Made by a program: the position numbers and the translations under genes
Notes under the pieces: model-generated
What the model was told of the DNA's origin: nothing
Database searches by the model: none
Seen by the model: the letters and a program-made list of their open reading frames with translations, nothing else
Origin: Eledone cirrhosa
Lineage: Eukaryota
Length of the DNA stretch: 64,000 nucleotides
Reading direction: 5' to 3'
Assembly: GCA_964016885.1 (NCBI GenBank)
Contig: OZ024752.1
Coordinates: forward strand, 2,294,001-2,358,000
Part shown: one piece after another, positions 1-15,140 of the stretch
Layout: each line of letters starts with the position of its first letter
How positions within the stretch are numbered: position 1 is the first letter of the stretch

Positions 1-46
1 AAGCTTATTAACCCATCATTCATTGTCCAAAATGCTAATTGGATCG

Positions 47-182
47 TAACTTTTAATAACCGGTTCAACTGTTTTATGCACTCAATTGATGAGCTTATTC
101 GCTTTCAAGCCACGTTTAGCTGAATAGAACATTTCATAGCAACGCCCGCATAAACTGCTAGTATTACATATATATGTATATG

Positions 183-213
<31 letters not shown>

Positions 214-223
214 TATATATATT

Positions 224-281
<58 letters not shown>

Positions 282-447
282 AATATATATATATATATAC
301 ATATATATGTAATACTAGCAGTTTATCCGGGCGTTGCTCTGATTTGTTCATTTGCTATGAAATGTTCTATTCAGCTAAACGTGGCTTGAAAGCGAATAAG
401 CTCATCAATTGAGTGCATAAAACAGTTGAACCGGTTATTAAAAGTTA
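47..447. repeat. Inverted repeat with microsatellite spacer; arms end inward in Helitron-like 3' termini
   Basis: 47-~175 is the reverse complement of ~300-447, with an 18-bp deletion in the left arm between AGCAA repeats. Inner ends read GCAACGCCCG(G/C)ATAAACTGCTAG|T. Confidence 0.85.
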
Positions 448-482
448 TGTATTTATATATATATTACATATATATATATATA

Positions 483-556
<74 letters not shown>

Positions 557-591
557 CATATATATATATATATTACATATATATATATATT

Positions 592-676
<85 letters not shown>

Positions 677-818
677 TACATATATATAACTAATAGACTC
701 TCTAACCTATATAGCGCACTCTTTTTTCCTGGACCTTTCCGACGGAATTACTTCATTCACACACAAACACACACATATATATGTATATATATATTACACA
801 TATATATATATATATTAC

Positions 819-849
<31 letters not shown>

Positions 850-975
850 AATATTATACATATATATATAAATATTACATATATATATATATACATATGC
901 ATATAAATATTACATATATATATATATATATATATATACATATTTATATATATAAACATATATATATATATATAT

Positions 976-1143
<168 letters not shown>

Positions 1144-1339
1144 GGATACTATTTATGGTTATGTATATACTAAAACCTTTTATAGTTATATATATATTAT
1201 ACCCTAAATAGTGAAAGACAGTAATGTATTACTATCTTATTACCAGTAAGATAAAGAGCTCAATGTAACAACATCAGTTGTTTTACAGAGAAGTTATATA
1301 GAGATTACATGAAACAAAGTTCTGTTTAAATCATTTATC

Positions 1340-1386
1340 TGCTTACAAATGTTTCTTCCAAACCGAGGTTTGGAGTCTTCGGAGCA
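1340..1386 (-). ncRNA. Type I hammerhead ribozyme, variant core
   Basis: Minus strand: TGCT-CCGAAGA-CTCCAAACC TC GGTTTGGAA-GAAA-CATTTG-TA-AGCA. Stems I and II pair; the core has U4>C. Confidence 0.6.
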
Positions 1387-1493
1387 ATTATTCAGTGATT
1401 TTTAACATACTTCACCTCCTTTTCAACACAAGATACATATAGAAACATATGTACATATTGTAATCTCTCTCTCTCTATATATATTTAATATAA

Positions 1494-1591
<98 letters not shown>

Positions 1592-1594
1592 AAT

Positions 1595-1629
<35 letters not shown>

Positions 1630-1734
1630 CTACATATATATTATATATAATATAAGTATATATATATATATAAAGAGATATATATATATATTACATATAT
1701 ATATATATGTAATATATACATATATGTAATATAT

Positions 1735-1850
1735 CACCTGAAGAAGGGTTTATGCCCGAAACGACCCCCCCCACACACTCTCAAGAGCGTGAAACTAATA
1801 AACCTTTTTTTCGTTCTGCTTCTCTGTTTTGTTCCCGTTCCACTTTTCAC
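1735..1850 (+). mobile_element. Solo 3' end of a Penelope-like element with a minimal HHR (core 1738-1765)
   Basis: CTGAAGA-AGGGTTTATGCCC-GAAAC-GAC. Homologous to 22845-22962 (-); embedded in (TA)n. Confidence 0.8.
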
Positions 1851-1860
1851 TATATATATA

Positions 1861-1941
<81 letters not shown>

Positions 1942-1960
1942 TATATAATATATATATATA

Positions 1961-2005
<45 letters not shown>

Positions 2006-2021
2006 TTATATTATATATATG

Positions 2022-2084
<63 letters not shown>

Positions 2085-2183
2085 TATATGTATATATATA
2101 ATATATATATATAATATATATATATATAATATATATATATATATATAATATATATATATAATATATATATATATATAATATAT

Positions 2184-2216
<33 letters not shown>

Positions 2217-2290
2217 GTGTAATATATACATAAAATAATATATATCTATATATATGTAATATATATTTATATCTAAATATATATATATGT

Positions 2291-2325
<35 letters not shown>

Positions 2326-2508
2326 ATTATATATATATATTATATATATATATATATATGTAATACATATATATATATATATATATATCATATAAATATA
2401 TATATGTAATATATATATATATATATATATATGTAATACATATATATATATATGTATATATAATATATATATATATACATAAGTAATACATATATATATA
2501 TATATAAT

Positions 2509-2547
<39 letters not shown>

Positions 2548-2652
2548 ATATATATATGTATATATAATATATATATATACATAAGTAATACATATATATA
2601 TATTATATATATATATATATGTATATATAATATATACATAAGTAATACATAT

Positions 2653-2708
<56 letters not shown>

Positions 2709-2786
2709 ATATATAATATATATTTATATAAGTAATACATATATATATATAATATATATATTTATATGAGTAATACATATAGATAT

Positions 2787-2865
<79 letters not shown>

Positions 2866-2912
2866 TTATATAAGTAATACATATATATATAATATATATA
2901 TTTATATAAGTA

Positions 2913-2971
<59 letters not shown>

Positions 2972-3089
2972 TTTATATAAGTAATACATATATATATAAC
3001 ATACATATTTATTTAACTAATAAATATATATATATATATATATATATATGAGAATTACATATATATTATATATATATATATATATATGT

Positions 3090-3121
<32 letters not shown>

Positions 3122-3217
3122 GTAATATATAATATATATATATATATGTAATATATATATATATATAAGTGATACATATATATATATTTATATATATATA
3201 ATATATATATATGTGTG

Positions 3218-3275
<58 letters not shown>

Positions 3276-3328
3276 GTAATATTTATTTATATATATATAT
3301 ATATAAGTAATACATATATCTATATATC

Positions 3329-3374
<46 letters not shown>

Positions 3375-3524
3375 GTAATATATATATATATGTTATATAT
3401 ATATATATTATATATATAATATATATATAAATATGTATTATATATATATATATATATATAATACAAATATATATATATATATATATAATATAAGATCAAA
3501 AGATGGTTAAAGGAGTTCCATATA

Positions 3525-3591
3525 TTTTATTATGCGCATTTCAAAAACAAACATCATCAAGCAATAATATTTGTGTTTTCATCAGATAAAA
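3525..3591 (-). ncRNA. Type I hammerhead ribozyme
   Basis: Reverse complement of 3725-3791. Confidence 0.8.
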
Positions 3592-3724
3592 CAGGAGAAC
3601 ATGATATGAAGGCTAAAAAACACTTGTTGATAGTGCAGTTTTAAATCAACCTATCAACATGATATGTTGATTTAAAACTGCACTATCAACAAGTGTTTTT
3701 TAGCCTTCATATCATGTTCTCCTG

Positions 3725-3791
3725 TTTTATCTGATGAAAACACAAATATTATTGCTTGATGATGTTTGTTTTTGAAATGCGCATAATAAAA
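3725..3791 (+). ncRNA. Type I hammerhead ribozyme
   Basis: TTTTAT-CTGATGA-stem II (AAACACAAATATT...ATGTTTGTTTTT)-GAAA-TGCGCA (palindromic stem III)-TA-ATAAAA. Confidence 0.85.
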
Positions 3792-3917
3792 TATATGGAA
3801 CTACTTTAACCATATTTTGATCTCATATTATGCATACTCCAGTCCCACAAACTGTAGAGTGCTTCTTATCCGATATCTGCATTGCTTTATTGTACTACAA
3901 TAAAACTCACCTCCTAC

Positions 3918-3975
<58 letters not shown>

Positions 3976-4118
3976 TAATACATATACATATATATCTATA
4001 TATATATATATAATATATATATATGTAATATATATATATATATGTAATATATATATATATATTATATGTATAATATATATATAAATATGTATTATATATA
4101 TATATATATAAGTAATAC

Positions 4119-4232
<114 letters not shown>

Positions 4233-4295
4233 ATCCATATATATATAGTAATACATATATATATAGTATATATAGATATATATATTTATGTATTA

Positions 4296-4358
<63 letters not shown>

Positions 4359-4362
4359 TATG

Positions 4363-4424
<62 letters not shown>

Positions 4425-4493
4425 TATATAATATATATATATATAAGTAATACATATATATATATCTATATATATATATATAATATATAAATG

Positions 4494-4647
<154 letters not shown>

Positions 4648-4742
4648 CATTTATATATTATATATATATAGATATATATATGTAATATATATATATATAT
4701 ATATATGTAATATATATATATATATAAGTAATAAATATATAT

Positions 4743-4797
4743 ATTCTCTTTTACTTGTTTCAGCCATCCGGCTGAGGCCATGCTGGGGCACCGACCA
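4743..4797. mobile_element. Short SINE terminal fragment
   Basis: CTCTTTTACTTGTTTCAGCCATCCGGCTGAGGCCATGCTGGGGCACC resembles a common octopus SINE end (recalled from memory, not searched). Confidence 0.5.
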
Positions 4798-5950
4798 TGT
4801 AATATATATATATATATATATAAGTAATACTCACTCCTACCGAATGAGTTTCTCCCTAGGTGACTGATTGACCTCCACCTCTCATGTTTTAGTTCTCGTA
4901 ATGTCAGGGGTTTAGCCGTACACTCCACGCTTTGTTACATATTAATATTAGATGAAAATAACGTAGACAATGCAATGTGAGGGAACATAATAGTACCACT
5001 GATGATGTTGCGGATGTGCAGCGAAGGAAATTGATAGACTATATATATATATATTCATATCTGTATTTTTAATCCCTGGTCAATCAATGATAAACTATGA
5101 TTGCCAAACAAATTAACTATGGAGATATAAATGATACAGACGCGAAAACCACCCAAACAGTGAGTTTGTTCTGTTATTATTTCTGGCAATATTACAACAA
5201 TATAACCCTCTCCAAGTACAGCATATATATATATATATATACTTAGGATAATATTCTTGCCTATCACAATACATACAAATGAGAATCATGGAGTTACGAT
5301 ACTCCGCATTCTTAATGAGTCTTGTCATGCATGGAATGTACAAATTTCTAACATAAAGAAATCTGCATGTACCTTATCTCATAAGACCATAAATTATTTA
5401 ACACTGTCAAACAATGTATATCTACGAAGCCCTGGTGAATCATTGCTGCTTGCAAGTCTGGGAGTGAAATGCTACTGCGGCATAGGAACAATTCAATTAG
5501 ACAAGTTATAAACATTATGACTCCAACATGTACATTGACAATGCAAATAAAACACGCTCTCATACACGAAACATAACGTCGTACGTTTGTAGTACACTAC
5601 TTCTCAATACTAAACAAAGCTAGTTAGGTATACACTAATGAGAGACGAATCATTCATATCAGAGCACAAAGTTTAAATTGAACGTGCACGTGTCACAAAA
5701 TAATACAAATTTATACACGCATGAATTTATGATTAATAACTTTTCTTCGCAACCACAGAGTTTAAGGTTCATTTCCACTGTCAGGTTCCATATATATATA
5801 TATATACACACAAAATTATGAATACAAACTAACCGAAGAGTAGAGTTAAGTGATTAGTTATGGGAATGATATGTCAGTAGTGATGGGGAGAGTGTGCGCA
5901 ATACGTATTGTATACAACCCAAGCGAACAATGTGAGTAAGCCAGAGAAAT

Positions 5951-6130
5951 AATTGTTTCTACTTTTGGCACAAGGCCAGGAATCACCCAGTGCATTACTG
6001 GTACTTTATTTTATCGACCCTGTAAGGATGAAATGCAAAGTTAACCTCGGCGGGATTTGAACTCAGAATGGCAAGGGCCGTAACTCTATGCGTCAAAGCA
6101 TGGCGTCCGACCCTCTACCGATACTGCCAA
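5951..6130 (-). mobile_element. tRNA-derived SINE
   Basis: Minus strand begins TGGCAGTATCGG (A box) and contains GAGTTCAAATCCC (B box). Many copies occur in the window. Confidence 0.85.
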
Positions 6131-6229
6131 TCCAAAAGAAATAATGTCAAACAAAAACTTGTTTCAGCTGAGCTTTAATACAGATTATATTTGTTTAAGA
6201 ATTTGTTATTGTTTACTCTAACATTTAAT

Positions 6230-6307
<78 letters not shown>

Positions 6308-6490
6308 AAGTGGATAAATACCTCAACAGGTACAATGTACGTGTAGAAATATTCAAGTTGTTTATAATACTTGTGGTTCAATGGTACTAATTCCAGATGC
6401 CAGAACAATATAAAAAGTAGCGAAGCAAGCGGTTATTAAACAATTTTCTAAATAAATTAAAAGACGATTCAAATAATCACCCGTTCCATT

Positions 6491-6571
6491 GCTGTTACCG
6501 ACGGTTTCATCATTCCAAAAGATTGGAAATCCAGAGAATTTCCAATGGAAAGAAATGAATCTTCAGACAGC
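6491..6571 (-). ncRNA. Type I hammerhead ribozyme
   Basis: GCTGT-CTGAAGA-TTCATTTC...GGAATGAT-GAAA-CCGTCGG-TA-ACAGC, with a perfect stem I. Confidence 0.85.
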
Positions 6572-6642
6572 CTATTTCCACGCCATAAGGTTGCAAAATA
6601 TTTACTTGCTATGGGCCTTGCAACCTTATGGCGTGGAAATAG

Positions 6643-6723
6643 GCTCTCTGAAGATTCATTTCTTTCCATTGAAAATTCTCTGGATTTCCAATCTTTTGGA
6701 ATGATGAAACCGTCGGTAACAGC
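6643..6723 (+). ncRNA. Type I hammerhead ribozyme (mirror copy)
   Basis: GCTCT-CTGAAGA...GAAA-CCGTCGG-TA-ACAGC, with one stem I mismatch. Confidence 0.8.
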
Positions 6724-6795
6724 AATGAAACGGGTGATTATTTGAATCGTTTTTTAATTTATTTAGAGAATTGTTTAATAACCGCTTGCTTCGCT

Positions 6796-6913
<118 letters not shown>

Positions 6914-6926
6914 CATATATATATAC

Positions 6927-7715
<789 letters not shown>

Positions 7716-8603
7716 TTATATATACATATGTGTGTGTGGTGTGTGGGTGTGTGTGTATATATATGTATATATATAAATATACAAATACACAGACACAGAC
7801 ACACGCACCCACACACATATATATGTGCGTGTGTATGTATATGTAATGCACATTATATCATTGATTCAATTCTTCCAATGTGGTTTCTCAGCAAAGTCGC
7901 AGTCAAATGTTTGAAAAGGTAAAAGAACATAATTTATGACGTTTAAATCTCAAGCTCAGATATCAAATTCAGACGTAGATCTAACAATTTATAATGCGGC
8001 TCTGAATAAAGATGAACAGCAATTCAAACGTATACTATTCAGATACTTATCAGTAATAATACTTGTGAATTTGCAGACGTTCTGCAAATATAGATATATA
8101 TTTGAGGTTAAAATTGTCGTTAAATAAATGAATGATAAAATATATTGAGATTGGGTCAGACGGCTAGAATTAAAAATATTTCTACATGTCAATGCCTCCT
8201 TTGTTGTTCAAATATATTCACAGACATTGGTTGAAATATAAAGGTTATATGAATTTAACTGTACGAATAATCGTGATAGTGATAGATAGATAGAATCTGA
8301 TTAGAAATATAGAGGAAATGAGTGAAGATAAAGCTCTGACACACATGGATGATAATGGTGGAAATGAAACCGTTGGATAGACAAATGAAGAGACTGATGT
8401 TTTGAAAAAAAAAAAAAAATTCAAATATAAATTATATAATGTTATATTGCCTCATGTCAAATTTTATTGGGCAGATTTATGATAAAATGCGGTGAGCTGA
8501 GACCATTTCCTCATATATGTATGTTCTTTTCTTTTAATAGTTACGCACCAACACTCAGAGCGACACACACACACAGGCATAAACACAGACATACACATAC
8601 ATT

Positions 8604-8707
<104 letters not shown>

Positions 8708-9480
8708 CATACATATATGTGTGTGTGTGTGAGTGTGTTTGTGTATTGTACGTATATCCGTTTGTATGTGTATATATATGAATTGGCTGGAGTAGAAAGT
8801 GGTGTACTGTGTTTCTTGTCGTATTAGTGTGTTCTATGACGGTCTATGTAATCATCAACGAAATTGAAAGGTCAGACGAAATGTTGACAACATTAATTTC
8901 ATGATAATAGATTGCGTAAAATACAATTCATGTGGAAAGGTCTGCAAATATTTTCTCGGGTAAAGGGGTGCAATACACAATGATGCAACTTTACTTTCTG
9001 ATGTGTATACATTTTGCTTTGGTTGTAAGATGTTTCAAAATACAAGGTATAATCCGGTGGTCTTAAAGAAGCCCACCAGAAAAAAAGAAATTAATATAAT
9101 TGCCAGTGAAGATTTCCTATGGAAATTAGTGGAGAATACCATATATAAATTTTCGCAGGTAATATATACCTCACTTATATGAATTAATATTGTGTTGCCT
9201 ATGTTCAATTTATTTGTGTAATTTATAGACTGGAGACAGTGTATACATTTGTTCTCAACAATTAGATTTAGTATGAAATTTTAAAATACTATTTTAAAGA
9301 ATATATTGTTTTTGTTTTAGAGCTGGCTTGTCATTTATCGATTCGTCAGTTAATCCGAAATTAGGTGATACTGATATTTCTACGTATTCTATGTATACCA
9401 CAAACAATTAACTTTAACTAAATAATTATGTAACTTGTACAAAGAATTGGAATTGATGAGTTAATATCTGTATACAACAA

Positions 9481-10383
9481 CTACAACGGTACGCGATTGG
9501 GTCCACCCACAGCCCTGGCGGACAGAATGGAGAAGGCCTTTCCCCGGAGGACGGCAAGGGAGACGCGCTGGAAAATCCACTCCAACTCGCGGGGCTTACA
9601 CCTGCGGCTGGCCAACTCAGCGCCTATGGTGGTGAGTAAGGAGGTAGCCCTGGGGCCGAGGACACCAGAAGTCTCCACTGCCAGGTGAACGACCGCAAAC
9701 CTGTCGGAGAGTGACCGGTATATGAGGAGTTTGGGCCCCTCAGCCCCAGGTGTAGAAGAGCCTGGGTCAATCGCAGACTGCACCATGTTGCGGCTGCAGA
9801 AAGTGTCCGTGCAAGTGGCATCCCAGACGAGTGGTTTGCCACCGCGGAACGGGAAGATGGTCATGCCATCTCTCCTTTTGCCGTCCCCTCGATCCAGCCG
9901 GACCAGCTCGAGCTGGGAAGGGAAGCCTGCAGCGTCCAAGCCATGCTTAATGACCTCATTGAGAGCAGCATGGCGTGGAATTCGGCCGGCATTGAGGCGA
10001 CAGGAAAGCGGGTGGAGGGCGAAAAAAGAGTCCACGGTGGAACCGCAGCGACATTGGTGTGGCTGATAGATCCGGAGGCCGAGCTTCAGGGAAAGGCTAT
10101 GGTTGTCTAGCTGAGTGCCAGTGGAGAAGGAGTGCAGGGCATGGAGCCAGCCACCACTGTGGGGTTTGGAGGTCGCACGGAAACAAGCAAGGCGGTGCTG
10201 GTCGAGCTGGCGTGTGAGCCAGTCTAAGGCCAGGCTACACTGGATGGCATCCCAAGTGCGTTGGGGGAGATTTGTTGTCAACAGGGGGAGAAGGAGGAGG
10301 GACGTCTACTGGGCTAATTCCCAGCCGGGCCACGTCTCACAGGCGGCCTCACGTTCTCTGAACACAGATGGTTCTGTTGTGTT
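9481..10383 (-). mobile_element. 5'-truncated CRE-clade non-LTR retrotransposon (zinc finger plus restriction-like endonuclease)
   Basis: ORF 9481-10281 reads [41 protein letters not shown]. Homologous to ~55050-55950. Confidence 0.85.
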
Positions 10384-11274
10384 ACGCATCGAGTCAAATA
10401 AAACACTGGCCAAATTTGGTAGATGAGAGTTAGAATGTTTAAGATTAAACCAATTTCTAAGTTTTCAAAACTATACTACTGCTCTAAGGAGATAAGAATT
10501 GTGAATATTTCAAGTATCTATGTAAGTAGCTACAATCTTCAGAAAACCTTGCTATAAGTCCCTATTAAGAATACCACAACTATAAGGAAGCCAGAATATG
10601 GATGCTGGGTTTTATGCATAAATGCATGGATTGTATGCAATGTATATATCCCAGTGAGATTTACAGCATTACATGGGGTTAGGTGTATTTTATATTACAT
10701 TTAACGGTCGATCTAACGTAAATTGTTAATTATTTAGATCACTATATTCGATAAATCAAAATGTGTACGTGTATATATATTTGGAAATATGAATGTAAAT
10801 ATAATAATCGCCAGCATTTCATTCATTTCAGACCAGGATTTAATATAATCGAATGAATTCAAGCATTTTAATGTTCAGTTAGTCATCTCGGCAAACTGGA
10901 GATAATTAAAAATTTAAAAGTTGTTCAGCCGAAACTCAACTGAAACCACTCCAGCATATCATATTGTATCTTGTAGAGGATTAAACTAACACAATTACTC
11001 ATTGCTACTTGAATATTGATGAAATGAAATAATTACCAGTGTGGCACTACGTAGATTATGCAGGGTTTAATATTTTATGAAATATATATCTAATCATGGG
11101 TGTTTGATTAAAACGACGGAGGTAATAAATTAACCAGGTTGAAGAAAATTATGTATCAAATTTCCGTTAAAGAAAGAAATAACATCTACTGAAGCGATAG
11201 GGAGAAGGATACATATATATATAAACACGCATACACGCACACACTAACACATGTGTGTGTGTGCGTGTGTGTTA

Positions 11275-11716
11275 GGTCATTCTCGAGTGCTACTCGTAAC
11301 GTGTAACCCACCCAGTACAACCTTCTTCATGGTCGGGTCGTCGGCGACTAAAAGGGCAAACCCATCAAACTTGCTTGGTGGGGAGGGTGATTTTTGGACA
11401 AGATCGGGCAAAGGGTGGAGTAACTCAGCAGAGTCAACGGCCATCCAAATAGTACTCCTTTTTTTTCACCTGGGAATGAAAGGCCCCCAGTTGTTTCCCC
11501 AACACCTTTCTATGAGCGGGACACTCTGAAAAAACCTGCGGTTCCGGAGGCATCCGGTGATATTGACCAGTTCTCCTTTTCAGGTAGCGTCTTCGATGGT
11601 CAGAGAGTGAGATTGGTCCAGTGCAAGGCCTTGCCCCACTTAAAGAACCTTGAAAGCTCGTGTGGCTGGCCGTAGCCTACAAGTGTACCAAACTGTTAGC
11701 AGAGTTTGCAGCCATC
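11275..11716 (+). mobile_element. Second RTE-derived non-autonomous element, related at its ends to the 600-bp family
   Basis: 5' end GGTCA...CCCAGTACAACC...GGTCGGGTCGTCGGCGACTAAA; 3' end GCAGCCATC followed by (CA)n. Confidence 0.55.
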
Positions 11717-11841
11717 ACACAAACACACGCACACTCACACTCACACTCACACACACACACACACACACACATACACACACACACACACACACATACACAC
11801 ACACACACACACACACGCGCGCGCACCAACACACACACACA

Positions 11842-12435
11842 TCTGTATATCTAAAACAGAGGATGTATGTCTGTCAGACTCCCTAAAACTCGAGAACCAC
11901 CCAACCGATTGTTTTCAAACTTTACAATGTAATACTTATGGTCGTGTGAGTGTTTTGAGCAAAACAAATTTCGAATTGTCAATGCCCTAGGGATCGCATT
12001 AGGTGATTTAGCGATCTCTCTCTATAATTCTTAGTCTTTCATTTTAGATATAGCTACGACGTCGCGCACTTATAATATCTGTCTGCATTACGACATTATG
12101 ACGCTAACTGTGAGTGTGTGTATATATGTATATACAGTGTGTGTGTATATATATATAGTGTGTAACGTTTTTCGAAATATTTAATTCTACGTTCACAGAT
12201 TGATTTTTTAGTTTCAGAAGATCCCGTTAAAGGTGAAAGCACCGATTCTTTGCTTAAACTTTAATCTGTTATTTTAATATATATATATATATAATTATAT
12301 ATTCGTGTACAGCTATATTTGCACACACAATATAAACAAACGTATTTATTTCACGAGGCTCGATAAGGATAAATATATATCAAATACATAAGAAGCCTAG
12401 AGCAAAACCTGAGCAACACTGGGCCATTCTGCTAG
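11842..12435 (+). mobile_element. Non-autonomous Helitron-like element
   Basis: Starts A|TCTGTATATCTAAAA and ends CTGAGCAACACTGGGCCATTCTGCTAG|T (TC...CTAG inserted between A and T). Confidence 0.65.
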
Positions 12436-12777
12436 TATATATATAATAGAATGTTTTACTTTGCTTGTAGCATTGCATATAGTGTGTAAAATAGAAAATG
12501 ATTTATTTTAATAATGCTTTATTTTGAGCGAAGTCAACGAATATGTTTGTGTTATCTGGTATAACATTGTATTTGTATGTACACGTACATACATATATGT
12601 ATACAGACGTACATTAGTATGTATATATATACACATACACGCACACATATATACATGCGACGTATGGATTCACCGAACATTTATTATAATGCTCGGTGTC
12701 TTTGTAAACAAACATCCCGTATTAAGCCGTAGTATCCAGCAGCCATCGGTGCTCGTTTGTTCAACACTGACAAAGGA

Positions 12778-12820
12778 ACGCTGTACTAGTTTCAAGCTTA
12801 TTAGCTCTCGTCAGCAACGT
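12778..12820 (-). ncRNA. Type I hammerhead ribozyme, canonical core
   Basis: ACGTTG-CTGACGA-GAGCT AATA AGCTT-GAAA-CTAG-TA-CAGCGT. Stems I and II pair fully; stem III is a palindrome. Confidence 0.88.
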
Positions 12821-13301
12821 ATACCTTCCTGCCAGATTGTTGAACGTATACACTTACCTTATGCATATTAACGGCTGACTAGCCCAATTTGCATATCGAG
12901 TGGGTTAATCGGACGGGTATTTGTATTTGTGTTACCCCTTCTAATACTTTGGGACTTAAAAATCCGTTACCCAGTGTATGGGAAACTCTTAGAATAAACT
13001 CTTCCGACTGTATCGCTTTTACATTTGTTTTAAATTTAGAAGAACAACCTATTCTTTGGAAAGAGCAATTTAAATCATAATTTTTGGCGTGTTCTAAACT
13101 TTTACTCTGTACAGAAAAGACAGTTCAGGTGTATACAGGCTAAACTAAGATCAAATTTGACTTACATGTCACAACTATTTCCAGATTTATTGTTGCCATT
13201 ACTATAGTTAAAACTCTTCTATATATAATTCTCTATCCGGTATCTCCACAGATTTTACCCCATACGTATCATATTCATATTCTTTCTTCCTGAGGTAAAC
13301 A

Positions 13302-13436
13302 TAATTGTTTCTACGTTTGGCACAAGGCAAGCAATTACCCAGTGCATTACTGGTACTATATTTTATCGACCCCGTAAGGATGAAAGGCAAAGTTAACCTC
13401 GGCAGGATTTGAAATCAGAATGGCAGGGGCCGTAAC
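13302..13436 (-). mobile_element. tRNA-SINE, 5'-truncated
   Basis: Homologous to 5951-6130. Confidence 0.8.
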
Positions 13437-15026
13437 ATGATGTTCAACTTAAGTAGCTGTAATATAGAGGTGGCAAATTTTAGACTGTTCGAAATTCAAA
13501 GATTCTCCACGGGCAAACAGAAGAATGCAAAATCGTAAACTAGGCATATGTAAGGAAATAATGAAAACTTGTTAAATAATAGCGAAAAAAGAAATGATGT
13601 TAATCTCATCATACCCCCCCCCCCCCCCCCCCCGCCTACCCCCAAGTGAAATATAAATTTGAAGCTAGACTAAATATATATGGGTATGACTCAAAATATT
13701 TATTTATTCATAAAAAATGACATTGTTATCTATTACCCGAAGTGAAGTGTACGATTCAGAAAACCCAGACAACGAGCTGCATTGAATGAAAGGTTCACTA
13801 TATTTGAATTCACCTAAAGTTTCTCATATTCTTCGCAAAATCATAAAAATGTAACTTTTCTTGTTTGCCATATTCTACAATATAAGGGCAATCTTAGCAA
13901 GAAAAAATATTGGTAGTTTACCAGAAAAAATGAAACTATGAAAGACACAAACATATATGTATTCTGCAGCCAAATATGATTTTCTTTGACTGCTATTGAT
14001 TACTAGGAAAAATAGATAAAATATATGACAATAGATGGCACACATAACGTATTCGAAATTTTTACTTTTTACATTTTTTCATAATCTTTATTTTTACATT
14101 TTTTCATAATCTTTATTTTTACTAACTTTCATTGACTATTTGTAGTTTGTATCCGTTCTCTTTTAGGTGATTTACGCTAGTGATTTTTTCACGATATTGG
14201 AATGATTCAATGGAAATATTGAGAAAGAATTTATGGGATAATATATATATGTATAAGTGCACACATACACCGCATATACAATCATATATATATGTATACA
14301 CATATATATACGGATGATGACACATTTCAATGCACTATTTTCTCTCTGAGACCCATACATACACATGGGCCTAAAAGCAAAAGCGCATATAAATATATAC
14401 ATATATGCAGAATGTTAGTGTGATTCGTATAATGTGTCACTGTATATTTGTGCAAGTCTATGATGTGTATACATATTAGTGACTGTGTGTGCGTACTTGA
14501 CTAAATTTGATTGATTTTTTACAGATATTTTTCCATTTTCGTTCACATAGAAAATCAATCATCAAATCAGATATTTAAATGGAGAGTTACCATTGGAAAT
14601 TTTGTATTACTGTATGGGTTTATTTTATTTCAATGATGAGAATGTTTGGGACTATAACGTAGGCTTCAGTGAAGCATAAATGAAACATACTGTTACTGGC
14701 TGAATGAGTTACGATTGTTCTCTCTTACTCTCTATCACGTTTGTTATATCCGCTCTAGCATCCCCATTAATCTATCGAACGCACACTCACTTATTCTCCC
14801 TTACACTTTCGTACATGCACTTTCCCTCATTCTGTCTATAAGAGCCACCATGAAAGACGCATCAAGTCTAAAGCAGAATACATAAAATCCTATCAATCTA
14901 GCTACCGATCTCTTTCTCTCTTTCCCTACCTCTCTCACGTTCTCTCTCTTCTAATATATATATATATGTATGTATATATATATATGTATGTATGTATATA
15001 TATATATGTGTGTGTATATATATATA

Positions 15027-15075
<49 letters not shown>

Positions 15076-15140
15076 ATATGTATGTATATATATATGGATG
15101 TATGTATATATATATGTATGTATGTATATATATATGTAGT

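Larger units (their letters stand above)
3493..3918 (+). mobile_element. Fold-back Penelope-like pLTR module (inverted arms plus ~95-bp tail)
   Basis: Arms 3493-~3650 and ~3665-3822 are reverse complements. Tail runs to 3918; (TA)n on both sides. Second copy at 49497-49883. Confidence 0.85.

Noticed and set aside
4830-5040. Possible L1/Tx1 APE start (SRNVRGL) and a CTGATGA-hairpin at ~5000
   Set aside because: Only one short protein motif. The ribozyme-like part lacks a correctly placed GAAA and stem I.
5951-6130. tRNA gene
   Set aside because: A and B boxes are present, but no cloverleaf is evident and it is followed by the multi-copy SINE body.
6469-6745. Near-identical 66-aa ORFs on opposite strands (MERNESS...)
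   Set aside because: A by-product of the palindrome; no domain is recognisable.
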